This document shows positions 1-11,430 of a stretch of 64,000 nucleotides of DNA, one piece after another. The stretch comes from Colwellia sp. Its GTDB lineage: Bacteria; Pseudomonadota; Gammaproteobacteria; Enterobacterales; Alteromonadaceae. The stretch covers positions 1,302 through 65,301 of the forward strand of contig JAWUXK010000107.1 of the NCBI GenBank assembly GCA_034111385.1, given 5' to 3'. Positions within the stretch are counted from its first letter, which is position 1; each line of letters begins with the position of its first letter. A program made the translations under genes and the position numbers. The notes under the pieces were generated by a model, which made no database searches, was not told where the DNA came from, and saw only the letters and a program-made list of their open reading frames with translations.

Positions 1-1647
1 ACGGTTACTACAGCTCAACTACTTATTGATGAGAAAACTCCTGTTCGTATCACCATTAACTTTAATATTTTTGAAGGTATTATTCAGCAACGACAAGGAA
101 AATATCAAAAATCTCAAAGTTTACTGGAAAAAGCTCAACAAACGGCTATCGTACATAAATATACTGATTTGGCGGTGAATGCTAAGCTAGAACTCGCATA
201 TGCGCTTAGCTTCACTGAGCATTATGAACATTTACAGCAAGCTTATGTTGAAGCTTCTTCATCAAAAAATGATTTTCTCATTGCTAAGATCAATGAAGTA
301 TACGGAGCTATTTACAGTTATTTGCAAGATTATGAGCAATCGATTGAGTATTATCAAAAAGCGATATCAAGCTATCAACAGTTTTCCTATCCTGCGTACG
401 AAGTTGAAGCAATATATGGTTTAGCAGAGGCTTATCGGTATTGGGAAAAATATGATTTAGCATTAGCGCTTTATTATCGTTATCAAAAAGCCATTGAGTA
501 TAGTCCTGAAAATGTTGATGGTAAGTTTTACGCTCTTTATGGCATAGCGATGAGTTTGGCTGGTAAAGGTGGCTGTACTCAGGCGTTAGGTTATATAGAA
601 CAAGCATTGACCATATCGGGTTTAATTGAACATAAGGCTGAGCTTTTTACACGTCAGGCGCAGTGTTTTATTAATGAAAATAAGTTAAGCCTTGCTAAAG
701 CCGCTTTAGACAAAGCTGAGGCTAGCTTGGCCAGCATACCTGAATTAATAGGTAAGCGTGGGCAATTAGAAGTAATTAAAATAAAAGCGAAATTATTACA
801 TGCTAAAGGTGATAGTGAGCAAGCTTATCAGTTCTTAAAACAATTTAATGAGCGTCAAATTGCGCTGTTAAAGAAAAACGCTTCTGATAGGTTATCGCAG
901 GTGAGAGGTAGACTGGAAGTTAAAAGTAAAAATGTTGAAATACCTTTGCTCCAACAACGAACTAAAGTAAATCAATTACAGTTAACACAACAAAAACAAG
1001 CAAAAACTATTCAAACTTATAAAGTCGCTTCCATTGTTGTACTCATTGTATTGGGTTTGATGTTTATATATTTTCAACGGCGTCACAGTCAAAAAATAGT
1101 AGAGTTGTCAATTCGAGATCCCCTGTCCGACTTATATAATCGTAGCTACATGTTTCAATTTCTTAATAAACTTGTCAGCGCAGTCAATTTAGAAAAAAAC
1201 CAAATATCAATCATGTTAATAGACATTGATGACTTTAAAGGGGTGAATGATCTTTATGGACATTCATTTGGCGATATAGTGATTAGTGAAGTCGCTAAAA
1301 TAGGTAAAGATACGATAAGAATTGAAGATGTCATAGGCCGCGTTGGCGGTGAAGAGTTTCTATGTGTATTACCAAGGATAGACAGCGAGCAATGTTTACA
1401 TATAGCTCAGCGTTTAGTGAATAATGTAAATAAAAATATATTTTTTGTTGGCGGGGCAGGCAAAAAAAGAAAGCAAGTGAATATTTCTGTTAGTATCGGA
1501 ATATCGACAACGTCGATTGATACCATTAATAGCTCAGACTTATATTTGCAAGCAGATAAAGCACTCCATCATGCCAAAGCCAATGGTAAAGGTTGTGCTG
1601 TACAGTATCTAAAAACCATGCAACATTCTTATCTACAGCAAGATTAA
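1..1647 (+). CDS. TPR-repeat membrane diguanylate cyclase (GGEEF), 5'-truncated by the window edge
   Basis: Frame 1 is open from base 1 to TAA 1645-1647. TPR-like helices, one TM segment, then DPLSDLYNR...DIDDFK...RVGGEEF...ADKAL GGDEF domain. Confidence 0.9.
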   Translation, partial: TVTTAQLLIDEKTPVRITINFNIFEGIIQQRQGKYQKSQSLLEKAQQTAIVHKYTDLAVNAKLELAYALSFTEHYEHLQQAYVEASSSKNDFLIAKINEVYGAIYSYLQDYEQSIEYYQKAISSYQQFSYPAYEVEAIYGLAEAYRYWEKYDLALALYYRYQKAIEYSPENVDGKFYALYGIAMSLAGKGGCTQALGYIEQALTISGLIEHKAELFTRQAQCFINENKLSLAKAALDKAEASLASIPELIGKRGQLEVIKIKAKLLHAKGDSEQAYQFLKQFNERQIALLKKNASDRLSQVRGRLEVKSKNVEIPLLQQRTKVNQLQLTQQKQAKTIQTYKVASIVVLIVLGLMFIYFQRRHSQKIVELSIRDPLSDLYNRSYMFQFLNKLVSAVNLEKNQISIMLIDIDDFKGVNDLYGHSFGDIVISEVAKIGKDTIRIEDVIGRVGGEEFLCVLPRIDSEQCLHIAQRLVNNVNKNIFFVGGAGKKRKQVNISVSIGISTTSIDTINSSDLYLQADKALHHAKANGKGCAVQYLKTMQHSYLQQD

Positions 1648-1801
1648 TTTTTGGGAATCATTCCCATAACCCATACCTCACAATAACTCCCCCCTTTTCA
1701 CTTAAAAACGTCTTTTCTATGAGCAAAAGTCAGTATAAATGGCAAGCTAGGGCCCTTCGTACATAGTTTATTGCGTCGAAATTTATGGAAGCTATCAAAG
1801 G

Positions 1802-1849
1802 CGCACCAAATAAAACCATACCTTAATATTACTGTGCTAATTTGGTGCG
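1802..1849 (+). promoter_or_regulatory. Two putative NtrC enhancer sites for glnK-amtB
   Basis: CGCACCAAATAAAACCA (1802-1818) and TGTGCTAATTTGGTGCG (1833-1849) each match half of TGCACC-N5-GGTGCA. They are 31 bp apart, upstream of a sigma54 promoter. Confidence 0.6.
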
Positions 1850-1910
1850 ATTCTATTTTTTTAGCTGGCGTAAACTTCCTAAGATATTGAATTTTAATGT
1901 TTAATTATTT

Positions 1911-1927
1911 TTGGCATATGAATCGCA
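1911..1927 (+). promoter_or_regulatory. sigma54 (-24/-12) promoter of glnK-amtB
   Basis: TTGGCATATGAATCGCA: GG(1913-14)-N10-GC(1925-26), about 55 bp upstream of the glnK ATG. Confidence 0.8.
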
Positions 1928-1970
1928 TTGTAATGTTCAAATCATTTAATGAAAACAATAAAATTAATAG

Positions 1971-2318
<348 letters not shown>

Positions 2319-2330
2319 GGGGTAAACACT

Positions 2331-3611
2331 ATGGAACAGAATATTTTTCAACTTCAATATGCAATGGATACTTTTTACTTCCTAATTTGCGGTGCATTAG
2401 TTATGTGGATGGCTGCTGGCTTTTCTATGTTAGAAGCAGGTTTAGTTAGAGCTAAAAATACCACTGAAATTTTAACAAAGAACGTAGCCTTGTATGCGAT
2501 CGCTTGTATTATGTATTTAGTTGTCGGTTACGACATCATGTACGGCGGCGGTGTATTTTTAAATGGTATCGCGCTTGACGGTGCAAGTGATGCTGAAGCC
2601 TTAGTTGGCGCAGTATTAGCTGAATCTGCTGAAGCTGGTTTTGATGGTGGTGCAGTTTATTCAAATGCATCAGACTTCTTCTTCCAAGTAGTATTTGTTG
2701 CTACGGCTATGTCAATTGTTTCTGGTGCAGTTGCTGAGCGTATGAAGCTTTGGGCTTTCTTAGCTTTCACTGTTGTACTAACTGGCTTTATCTACCCAAT
2801 GGAAGGTTCTTGGACTTGGAATGGTGATGCTGTATTTGGTATGTATACATTAGGTGACCTTGGTTTTTCTGATTTTGCTGGTTCTGGTATTGTTCACATG
2901 GCAGGAGCTTCTGCAGCATTAGCAGGTGTATTATTACTAGGTGCTCGTAAGGGTAAATATACTAAAGACGGTAAAACAACTGCAATCCCTGGTGCTAACT
3001 TGCCTATGGCTACGTTAGGTACTTTCCTCTTATGGATGGGTTGGTTGGGCGTTAATGGTGGTGCAGTATTAAAACTTGCTGACATCAACAGTGCGAACTC
3101 AGTTGCTATGGTCTTTTTAAACACAAACGCAGCAGCAGCAGCAGGTGCAATTGCAGCACTAGTTTTTGCTAAAATTTTATACAAGAAAGCTGATTTAACC
3201 ATGACATTAAATGGTGCGTTAGCAGGTTTGGTTGCTATCACTGCTGAGCCATCAACTCCTTCGCCATTACAAGCGACTATTTTTGGTGCTATCGCAGGTG
3301 TTATTGTTGTGTTATCAATTATCGCACTTGATAAAGTTAAAATTGATGATCCTGTAGGTGCTATCTCTGTACATGGTGTAGTTGGTTTCTTTGGTTTACT
3401 TATTGTTCCAATTACAAACTCAGGTGCTAGCTTCAGTGGTCAGTTAATTGGCGCGGCAACTATCTTTGTTTGGGTATTCTGTACTAGTTTTGTTGTATGG
3501 TATGCGTTGAAAAAGATTATTGGTATTCGTGTAAGTTCTGAAGAAGAGTACGAAGGTGTTGATATTAGTGATTGTGGTATGGAAGCATATCCAGAGTTCA
3601 CTAGAGGTTAA
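2331..3611 (+). CDS. amtB: Ammonium transporter (Amt family)
   Basis: GFSMLEAG, SGAVAER, DFAGSGIVH, NGALAGLVAIT, DDPVGAISVHG motifs; multi-TM; follows glnK. Confidence 0.96.
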   Translation: MEQNIFQLQYAMDTFYFLICGALVMWMAAGFSMLEAGLVRAKNTTEILTKNVALYAIACIMYLVVGYDIMYGGGVFLNGIALDGASDAEALVGAVLAESAEAGFDGGAVYSNASDFFFQVVFVATAMSIVSGAVAERMKLWAFLAFTVVLTGFIYPMEGSWTWNGDAVFGMYTLGDLGFSDFAGSGIVHMAGASAALAGVLLLGARKGKYTKDGKTTAIPGANLPMATLGTFLLWMGWLGVNGGAVLKLADINSANSVAMVFLNTNAAAAAGAIAALVFAKILYKKADLTMTLNGALAGLVAITAEPSTPSPLQATIFGAIAGVIVVLSIIALDKVKIDDPVGAISVHGVVGFFGLLIVPITNSGASFSGQLIGAATIFVWVFCTSFVVWYALKKIIGIRVSSEEEYEGVDISDCGMEAYPEFTRG

Positions 3612-3659
3612 TACTCTACATAAAGTAACGGGGTAAATAATATTCCCGTATTGATTACT

Positions 3660-3688
3660 AAAAAGCAGCGATTTCGCTGCTTTTTTTT
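3660..3688 (+). terminator. Intrinsic terminator after amtB
   Basis: GCAGCG-ATTT-CGCTGC followed by T8. Confidence 0.85.
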
Positions 3689-3934
3689 GCTTATTATTTG
3701 TTGACTAGCTTTGGTATTTAATAGGGGGTCAAGTAAGTATGGTAAGCCTATTTAAAAACCCTCATTACCATTACAACATAGGCCTTCACTTTAATATTAA
3801 GGGGTGTTGATAAAGATCGAGTGATTTCACTACTTTTAAATGCTATAAATGTGTTGCAAGGTTCTGTTTTGTTTTAATTCGGAGTGATTAAACAATTAAT
3901 CCTTTTGAAGATTATTGCTTGTTCAAGGTTTTTT

Positions 3935-6766
3935 ATGTGGCGTATCTTACTATTTATATCTTTCTTTTCGTTTGAGTCTTTTTCTCGAAATGAAGAGTTA
4001 ACGGATAAACTCGATAAAATTGCTCAGCAACAGGATAAAGTCGCCTTAATATCTCAGTTAGATGAATTACTTAAAGATAAAAAATTAGTCGATTTAGACC
4101 GTATTAATATACTGACATTACAAGGTAAGAGTTATTTAGCGTTAAATGAATTTGATCAAGCATTACGTGTTATTCAAAAAGCCAAAATAATAGCCATTCA
4201 AAAAAAGTTACTGTTTCAACAAGCCAGTCTAGATAAATTAAGTGGTATTGTTTTTTATTTTCAAGGTCAATACAAAGAAGCTGTTCATGCTTACCAAGGC
4301 GCACTTGATTATTTCAAAAAACAACCTTTCTCCGCTGTTATAGCGATTAAGCAAGCAAATCTATTGAACAATATTGCCTTAGCGCAAACTAAACAGGGTA
4401 ATTCATTCGAAGCACTTAAAAGTTATCAGCTAGCAGAGCCTTTATATCAGCGCTATGGCGATGACATGGATAAAATTGATATACGCTATAATCTTGCCAC
4501 GCTTTATCTCAGTTTACGGCGTTTAGATATAGCTATTAGCATGCTAACCGAGGTGTTAGCGAATAAAATTGATATTGGCGATGACTATGGTGTAGCTAAA
4601 GCGTCTGCGGCTTTAGGGGTAGCGCTTAAGCATTCGGGTCAATATAAGAAGGCTGAACATAATGTGCTGAATGCGTTAGATTACTTCAAAAGAAATGGAA
4701 ATCAATTTGATGCAGCTTCTCAATTTCAAAACCTTGCGGAAATAAATTATGAATTATCCAATATAGTAAAAGCACATGACTATGCAATCAAAGGGGTTGA
4801 GCTCAGTAAGAAAATAGGCCATCAAATGACCTATGCCGGTAGTTTACATACGCTAGCTAAAGTTTTTTTTCATCTAGGTGATATCGAGCGCTCTTTGACC
4901 AATGTTGAATTATCCAATTCAATAGCAAAAAAAATGGGCTTCCAACGATTAATCAATGAAAACTTAGGGTTAATGTCACTTATTTATGCCGTAGACCGTA
5001 AAACAGGAAAGGCATTAGCGTCACAATTATTATATCAAAAAGCTCACCTGAAATTATCAAATGAAACGCTTAACGAACAAATTGCACAATTTGAATCGGC
5101 TCAACTAACTCAACAAGTAAAAAACTTACAGCAAAATAAAAAACTTCAGCAATTAGAATCAACTAAAGCCGAGCAGCAACGTCAATTGATTGTACTGGGA
5201 GTTGTTTTTTTATTGGTTATCTTATTGTTATTTTATCGCCGTTACCTTGAAAGGAAGTTAACTAAAGAGTTAGAAAGTCGAGTTAAAAAGCGAACAGAAG
5301 CCCTAGAGTTTTTAACAAAAGAGTTAAAAGACGCTAATACGATTAAAAGCCAATTTTTAGCGAATATGAGCCATGAAATTAGAACGCCTCTTACCGCTGT
5401 TATTGGTCAGTCAGAGGCGATTATTTATGGTGATGTTGATGATATTAATATACAGAAAGAAGTGAAAGTTATTCATAATAATAGCTTGCACTTACTACAA
5501 TTGATCAATGATATTTTAGACTTGAGTAAAATTGAAGCCAATAAGTTTGAGCTAGAAAACAGGCAGCAAAATTTACACGAAATAGTTGATAGTTTAAATA
5601 ATATTTTCACCAAAGAGGCACAACGTAAAAAATTATCATTTACTATTAGTCATCAATTACCTAGCCCTTTTATGATTAATGTTGACGGCTTAAGGTTAAA
5701 ACAAATTTTAATCAACCTTTGTTCTAATGCAATCAAGTTTACCAGTGAAGGCTGGGTAACTTTAGATATTGCTATCATTGATAAAACTTTATTTTTCACG
5801 GTAACCGATACCGGAATTGGTATGAATGAAGCGCAACAAGGAAAAATATTTAATAGTTTTACTCAAGCAGAAAGTAGTATTAATAGACGTTTTTCAGGCT
5901 CAGGGCTTGGGTTGTTTTTGTCAGATCAATTGGCAAAAGTAATGCTAGGAGAAATTATTGTTACCAGCGAACTGGATCAAGGCAGTACCTTTGTTTTTAA
6001 ATTACCCTTTGATGATACTTATTCGCCTTCTACGTCGCTGGAAAATCATATTGATGAGGACTTTTACACTGCTTTCAATGAAAAGCGTTACAGTGGAGAA
6101 ATTGTGCTTGCTGACGATCATGATGATAATCGCCGCTTAATTGCTAGGTTGTTAACAAGTTTAGGATTGGAAGTGCTAAATGCCAGTAATGGGAAAGAAG
6201 CCATTGCGTTGTCAATTAAGCATAAACCTCCTTTAACTTTGCTTGATATTCAGATGCCTGAAATGGATGGCATTGAAGCGTTGAAAAAGTTGCGTGGACT
6301 TGGTTGTACTCATCCCATTTATGCACTGACCGCCAATGCTATGTCTCATGAAATTTCACAGTATTTAGCGATGGGGTTTGATGGCCATTTAAAAAAACCG
6401 ATAGAAAGAGAAGCATTTTTAGCTGCGATTGAAAAATACTATCCTCAGCGATTAGTAACGCAAGTAGAGCAGGAAAATTTTGATGTAACCGACATTAGAC
6501 AATCATTTATCGCTAACTTGTCACAAGATAAAATTGATATATTGCAGCATCGAGACAACCGGGATAAAGAAAGGTTAGCGAGAGCAGCTCATAAAATAGC
6601 AGGCGCGGCAACAATGTTTGGCTATCCTGAACTATCACAATGTGCCCTTGAACTGGAACGTGGAATTAAATCCTCTCATCTTGATGCCGTTGAAGATTTA
6701 GCCCATTGTCTACTCGATGAAATTAATTTAGTTCAACATACTCATGAAATTAAGAGTAGTTTATGA
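3935..6766 (+). CDS. TPR-domain hybrid sensor histidine kinase (TPR-TM-HisKA-HATPase-REC-HPt)
   Basis: FLANMSHEIRTPL H-box, NAIKFT N-box, DTGIG and GSGLGL, LLDIQMP receiver, AHKIAGAA HPt. ATG 3935 gives a signal-peptide-like start; the ORF track starts at 3884. Confidence 0.9.
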   Translation: MWRILLFISFFSFESFSRNEELTDKLDKIAQQQDKVALISQLDELLKDKKLVDLDRINILTLQGKSYLALNEFDQALRVIQKAKIIAIQKKLLFQQASLDKLSGIVFYFQGQYKEAVHAYQGALDYFKKQPFSAVIAIKQANLLNNIALAQTKQGNSFEALKSYQLAEPLYQRYGDDMDKIDIRYNLATLYLSLRRLDIAISMLTEVLANKIDIGDDYGVAKASAALGVALKHSGQYKKAEHNVLNALDYFKRNGNQFDAASQFQNLAEINYELSNIVKAHDYAIKGVELSKKIGHQMTYAGSLHTLAKVFFHLGDIERSLTNVELSNSIAKKMGFQRLINENLGLMSLIYAVDRKTGKALASQLLYQKAHLKLSNETLNEQIAQFESAQLTQQVKNLQQNKKLQQLESTKAEQQRQLIVLGVVFLLVILLLFYRRYLERKLTKELESRVKKRTEALEFLTKELKDANTIKSQFLANMSHEIRTPLTAVIGQSEAIIYGDVDDINIQKEVKVIHNNSLHLLQLINDILDLSKIEANKFELENRQQNLHEIVDSLNNIFTKEAQRKKLSFTISHQLPSPFMINVDGLRLKQILINLCSNAIKFTSEGWVTLDIAIIDKTLFFTVTDTGIGMNEAQQGKIFNSFTQAESSINRRFSGSGLGLFLSDQLAKVMLGEIIVTSELDQGSTFVFKLPFDDTYSPSTSLENHIDEDFYTAFNEKRYSGEIVLADDHDDNRRLIARLLTSLGLEVLNASNGKEAIALSIKHKPPLTLLDIQMPEMDGIEALKKLRGLGCTHPIYALTANAMSHEISQYLAMGFDGHLKKPIEREAFLAAIEKYYPQRLVTQVEQENFDVTDIRQSFIANLSQDKIDILQHRDNRDKERLARAAHKIAGAATMFGYPELSQCALELERGIKSSHLDAVEDLAHCLLDEINLVQHTHEIKSSL

Positions 6767-6887
6767 ACACCCCGTTCTCTTATGCACAAATTTTACTATA
6801 GAATAGTCATCGGTGATGTAACCAGAATACTTTTTTTTGTGTACAATAAGAACTATATACTCAACCCCTTAATTTTAGGAATTTCAA

Positions 6888-7835
6888 ATGGCTAGAGAAC
6901 AATTTGGTATTTGCGCTGAGCCTAATTTATATGGCAGTTACCTACTGTTTAATGCGTTAGATGATAAAAATGCGTTTATTCGAGCGGCTTTATCTCGCTT
7001 ACCGGCATTGTTTGAAGAATATTCAGAACAATATTCAGAAGCTAATTTAACCGGAGTGGTTGCGATTGGTGCTAATTATTGGGATGAATTTTATCCACAA
7101 GCCCGCCCTGTATTATTAGAGCCCTTCCCATCAATGAGTAGTGATGATCGAGTCGCACCGAGTGTTAATGTTGATATTTATATTGAAATTCGAAGTGACC
7201 GTGGGGATGTTAACCATATTGTTTGTTCTAAAGTTTGCCAACTACTCGCTGACAGTGTCGAATTGATTGAGCAAATACAGGCATTTCGCTTTTTAGATGG
7301 CCGTGATTTGACGGGTTTTGTTGATGGAACTGAAAATCCAAAAGGAATGCATCGCAGAGACGTTGCTTTGGTGAGCAGTTGTGATGATGCTACTTTTTCA
7401 GGTGGTAGTTATTTACATACACAACGATATCAGCATAACTTATCCTTATGGAATTCATTGAAAAACAAAGAACAGGAAGATACTTACGGTCGTACAAAAG
7501 TAGATAATATTGAATATGAAAGTGCAGATAAACCCTTAACTGCTCACACTAAACGTACCAATTTAAAAGATGAGAATGGTAAAACGATTGAGATTTTAAG
7601 GCAAAGCATGCCTTATGGTGATATGAAGCGCCAAGGGTTATTTTTTGTGTCTTATTGTCATTCACCGAAACCGTTTGCCTTGATGTTGAAAAGTATGATT
7701 CATGGTGATGGACATGGCAATGTTGATCATTTACTTAAATACACTCAAGCAGAAACAGGAGCAGCTTTCTTTGCACCTAGTTTAACGTTTTTGACGGAAT
7801 TGGATGTAAATGATGACATTAGTGAGTCATCATAG
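6888..7835 (+). CDS. Dyp-type peroxidase (YfeX-like)
   Basis: RDLTGFVDGTENP, distal/proximal region AHTKRT...ILRQSMPYG, GAAFFAPS. Confidence 0.92.
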   Translation: MAREQFGICAEPNLYGSYLLFNALDDKNAFIRAALSRLPALFEEYSEQYSEANLTGVVAIGANYWDEFYPQARPVLLEPFPSMSSDDRVAPSVNVDIYIEIRSDRGDVNHIVCSKVCQLLADSVELIEQIQAFRFLDGRDLTGFVDGTENPKGMHRRDVALVSSCDDATFSGGSYLHTQRYQHNLSLWNSLKNKEQEDTYGRTKVDNIEYESADKPLTAHTKRTNLKDENGKTIEILRQSMPYGDMKRQGLFFVSYCHSPKPFALMLKSMIHGDGHGNVDHLLKYTQAETGAAFFAPSLTFLTELDVNDDISESS

Positions 7836-7850
7836 TTTAGATCTACAGGG

Positions 7851-8336
7851 TTACTCTATATCTAATGGGTCAGCAGATAATATAATTCCGGTATTGTCTG
7901 CATAAATATGATCGTCTGGTAATATCGTAACGCCACCAAAGTTTATTGCGATATCACTTTCACCAAATTCATTGTCGTTAGCACCTACAGGGATTGACAC
8001 TAACCCTTGAATTCCTAGCTCTACTTCTTCTATGGTGTCTACATCACGAACGCTGCCATAACATACAATACCTTCCCAGCCATTGTTTGCTGCTGTTTCG
8101 GCAATGTTGATGTCTATCAATGCACGTCTTGTTGAACCGCCACCGTCAATAACTAATACTTTACCTATACCATTAGTGGCAACTACTTGTTCTATTAACC
8201 CTGTGCCTTCGAAACATTTTATCGTGACAACTTTACCTCCAAAAGAATGTCGGCCACCATAGTTGCTAAAAATAGGGTCAAGAACATCAATTAAGTCTGC
8301 ATAGGTGTCACACAATTGCGAGGTATTATATTCCAT
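7851..8336 (-). CDS. rraA: Regulator of ribonuclease activity A
   Basis: [41 protein letters not shown]. Confidence 0.93.
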   Translation of the reverse strand: MEYNTSQLCDTYADLIDVLDPIFSNYGGRHSFGGKVVTIKCFEGTGLIEQVVATNGIGKVLVIDGGGSTRRALIDINIAETAANNGWEGIVCYGSVRDVDTIEEVELGIQGLVSIPVGANDNEFGESDIAINFGGVTILPDDHIYADNTGIILSADPLDIE

Positions 8337-8448
8337 AACAAAGCTCTTTTATTAGGTAAGAAAACTATCACAGTATAACTTGTTAAGATGAAATTTAAAC
8401 CGCTACTTGTATTTTATGGAAAACTCTCTTTAAAAATAATAACGCTAT

Positions 8449-8802
8449 TTATAATTGAGTTATATTGATTGTGGCTTCACGCGAGTGACCTGAGTCTTTT
8501 AGTTCACTTAAATAATGTTGCCAACGCTGATCGTGTTCTTTGATGAGTAATTCGAGGTAATCTGAAGAATAAATAGCACTGTGTTGATCATCAAAAACAA
8601 GGCGATAACCGTGCTTACCAACATTTTCTATTGTTGATAATATTATTGACTTTTTATGGGAAACCAGCATTTGTTGCTTATTATCTGTGGCGGGTGAGCA
8701 AACGCGTAGATATTCAAAACTTAACTGAGCAACCTTACTATTATCAAAGGTAATAGTAAGGTTATTGTCCGTATTATTAATTTTAAAACCGGTAATATTC
8801 AT
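8449..8802 (-). CDS. DUF971 / gamma-butyrobetaine hydroxylase-like N-terminal domain protein
   Basis: LSFEYLRVCSPA and VGKHGYRLVFDDQHSAIYS motifs; lies downstream of hslU. Confidence 0.75.
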   Translation of the reverse strand: MNITGFKINNTDNNLTITFDNSKVAQLSFEYLRVCSPATDNKQQMLVSHKKSIILSTIENVGKHGYRLVFDDQHSAIYSSDYLELLIKEHDQRWQHYLSELKDSGHSREATINITQL

Positions 8803-8827
8803 AAGGTTTCTTTTTAACTCAACTCGG

Positions 8828-10159
8828 CTACAGAATAAAGCGGCTTAAATCTTCGTCTTTCACTACTTCACTCAAGGTGTTATCGACATAGCTTTTGTCA
8901 ATAAGTATTGTTTCACCCGAACGTTGATCAGCATGAAAAGACAACTCTTCCGTTAATCGTTCCATCATGGTGTGTAGTCTACGTGCACCAATATTTTCGG
9001 TGGATTCATTTACTAGCCAAGCGGCATTCGCTATTGCTTGAACGCCGTCGTCACTAAACTCAATATTTACACCTTCAGTCGCTAACAAAGCAATATATTG
9101 CTCTGTTAATGAAGCAAAAGGTTCAGTTAAAATGCGAACAAAGTCATCAGAAGTTAATGCTTTTAATTCAACACGAATAGGTAAGCGACCTTGTAGTTCA
9201 GGAATTAAATCTGATGGCTTAGCCATTTGAAATGCACCTGAAGCGATGAACAAAATATGATCGGTTTTGATCATGCCATGCTTGGTACTAACGGTTGAAC
9301 CTTCTACTAATGGAAGTAAGTCACGCTGTACACCTTCACGTGAAACATCACCGCCGCTATTACTGTCAGCACGTTTACAAATTTTGTCAATTTCATCAAT
9401 AAACACAATGCCATTTTGTTCTACTGCGTAAATGGCTTTTTGTTTAATATCATCATTATTCACTATTTTAGACGCTTCTTCTTCTTGTAGCGCCTTAAAT
9501 GCATCTTTAATTTTCAGTTTACGTTTATTCGTTTTATCACTCGACATGTTTTGGAACATGTTTTGTAATTGTGAAGTCATGTCTTCCATACCTGGGGGGG
9601 CCATAATTTCAACGCCGACTTGAGGTGCGGCTAAGTCGAGTTCGATTTCTTTGTCGTCTAACTTTCCTTCTCGTAATTTTTTGCGAAAAATTTGACGAGT
9701 ATTGCTATCTTCACTTTTTTCATCATTACCAAAGCCATCACGCGCAGGAGGCAATAGTACATCTAAAATGCGTTCTTCAGCGGCTTCTTCGGCTAAATGT
9801 TGTACGCGACTCATTTCGTCTTCTTTAACCATTTTGATCGCCATATCGGCAAGATCTCGAATAATGGTCTCAACTTCTTTACCAACATAACCCACTTCTG
9901 TGAATTTTGTTGCTTCAACTTTGATAAAAGGTGCCCGTGCTAATTTAGCTAAACGTCGTGCAATTTCTGTTTTACCAACACCCGTTGGCCCGATCATTAA
10001 AATATTTTTAGGGGTTACTTCGCTGCGTAAAGCTTCATTTAGCTGCATTCGGCGCCAGCGGTTTCTTAAAGCGATTGCAACCGCACGTTTAGCATCACTT
10101 TGTCCAATGATGTGGCTGTCTAATTCGTGAACAATTTCACGTGGTGTCATATCTGACAT
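8828..10159 (-). CDS. hslU: ATP-dependent protease ATPase subunit HslU
   Basis: [44 protein letters not shown]. Confidence 0.98.
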   Translation of the reverse strand: MSDMTPREIVHELDSHIIGQSDAKRAVAIALRNRWRRMQLNEALRSEVTPKNILMIGPTGVGKTEIARRLAKLARAPFIKVEATKFTEVGYVGKEVETIIRDLADMAIKMVKEDEMSRVQHLAEEAAEERILDVLLPPARDGFGNDEKSEDSNTRQIFRKKLREGKLDDKEIELDLAAPQVGVEIMAPPGMEDMTSQLQNMFQNMSSDKTNKRKLKIKDAFKALQEEEASKIVNNDDIKQKAIYAVEQNGIVFIDEIDKICKRADSNSGGDVSREGVQRDLLPLVEGSTVSTKHGMIKTDHILFIASGAFQMAKPSDLIPELQGRLPIRVELKALTSDDFVRILTEPFASLTEQYIALLATEGVNIEFSDDGVQAIANAAWLVNESTENIGARRLHTMMERLTEELSFHADQRSGETILIDKSYVDNTLSEVVKDEDLSRFIL

Positions 10160-10225
10160 GTTTTAATCCTCATTTCGTCTTGGATTTTCCACCAAGGCAA
10201 TAATTTTGTAACTTGTAATTTTTAA

Positions 10226-10744
10226 CTATAACTCGTCTATGGTTTGTTCGTGGTTAGTAAAGACACAAATACTACCTGCGATAGTTAATGATTTTTCTAC
10301 AATTTCTTTAGCACTTAAGTCGGTGTTTTCAAGTAAGGCGGTTGCTGCGGATTGGGCGAAATTGCCGCCGCTACCAATAGCAATTAAATCATGTTCGGGC
10401 TGAACAACATCGCCATTACCGGTAATTATTAATGAGGCTGTTTCGTCGGCGACAGCAAGTAGTGCTTCAAGTTTTCTCAAAGCCCGATCGCTACGCCAAT
10501 CTTTGGCTAATTCTACAGCGGCTTTGGTTAAGTGACCTTGATGTTGTTCCAGCTTACTTTCAAAGCGCTCGAATAAGGTAAAAGCATCGGCCGTACCACC
10601 AGCAAAACCAGCAAGTACTTTGTTATTGTATAAACGGCGTACTTTCTTTGCGTTACCTTTCATTACGGTATTACCCAGTGATACTTGTCCATCACCACCA
10701 ATGGCTACTTTGCCATTGCGTCTAACTGAAACGATAGTAGTCAT
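10226..10744 (-). CDS. hslV: ATP-dependent protease peptidase subunit HslV
   Basis: [10 protein letters not shown]-terminal Thr nucleophile (start 10744), [14 protein letters not shown]. Confidence 0.98.
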   Translation of the reverse strand: MTTIVSVRRNGKVAIGGDGQVSLGNTVMKGNAKKVRRLYNNKVLAGFAGGTADAFTLFERFESKLEQHQGHLTKAAVELAKDWRSDRALRKLEALLAVADETASLIITGNGDVVQPEHDLIAIGSGGNFAQSAATALLENTDLSAKEIVEKSLTIAGSICVFTNHEQTIDEL

Positions 10745-10787
10745 ATTAACTTCCAATCCGAAAAATTATATTTTTTAATGTAATTGA

Positions 10788-10814
10788 AATTGGGGTCATT
10801 ACTGACTTTTCAAG
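10788..10814 (-). promoter_or_regulatory. sigma32 heat-shock promoter of hslVU
   Basis: Minus strand CTTGAAA-agtcagtaatga-CCCCAATT resembles the sigma32 consensus. Confidence 0.75.
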
Positions 10815-10826
10815 GAGAAAGCTAAA

Positions 10827-11387
10827 TTATTTCCATAAGAGAACTTGGCAACGATTAACACTATTGTTACGTAATTTATGCTTATCTTGCTCTGCTAATC
10901 GTTTACGAGAGTAGGGACCTAATATCACTTTATACCAAGTACCGTTGCTACCAATTGATTCTTTTATACTAGCTTCAAGCCCTACAAAAGCGATGGTTGC
11001 TTTTAATGTTTCTGCGCGCTCAGTTGTTTTGAATGATCCACACTGCAGTCTATAGGGACCTTTTTGTGTTACTTCGTACTGACCCACTTCAATTTCTTTG
11101 GTTTTTAAATTTTCAACATAGCTCCATTTTTCTTTCGGTGGCTCAGGTAAGTTTTTTTCTTTAGTTGCCGGCGTTGTGATGACTGTTTGCATAGGCTCTT
11201 TAGTTTTCGGACTCGTTTTTAAAAACCATAAACCATAAGCAAAAGCCGTAATTAATACGATAATTACCAAAACGATCAGTTTGGCTTTAACGGATATTTT
11301 AGCCGCAGGTTGAGGTGTGTTTTTTTTATAAGGGTTATTTTTTTTCTTTTTTGCAGGTGTGCGGGCAATATAATCTTGATTTGACAT
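10827..11387 (-). CDS. ftsN: SPOR-domain cell division protein (FtsN-like)
   Basis: N-terminal DY motif plus basic stretch, single TM, C-terminal SPOR (LQCGSF...WYKVILGPY); between priA and hslV. Confidence 0.75.
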   Translation of the reverse strand: MSNQDYIARTPAKKKKNNPYKKNTPQPAAKISVKAKLIVLVIIVLITAFAYGLWFLKTSPKTKEPMQTVITTPATKEKNLPEPPKEKWSYVENLKTKEIEVGQYEVTQKGPYRLQCGSFKTTERAETLKATIAFVGLEASIKESIGSNGTWYKVILGPYSRKRLAEQDKHKLRNNSVNRCQVLLWK

Positions 11388-11430
11388 GAATAGCAGAAGA
11401 ATCGCGGAAAAGTACTGTTATTCTAACGGT

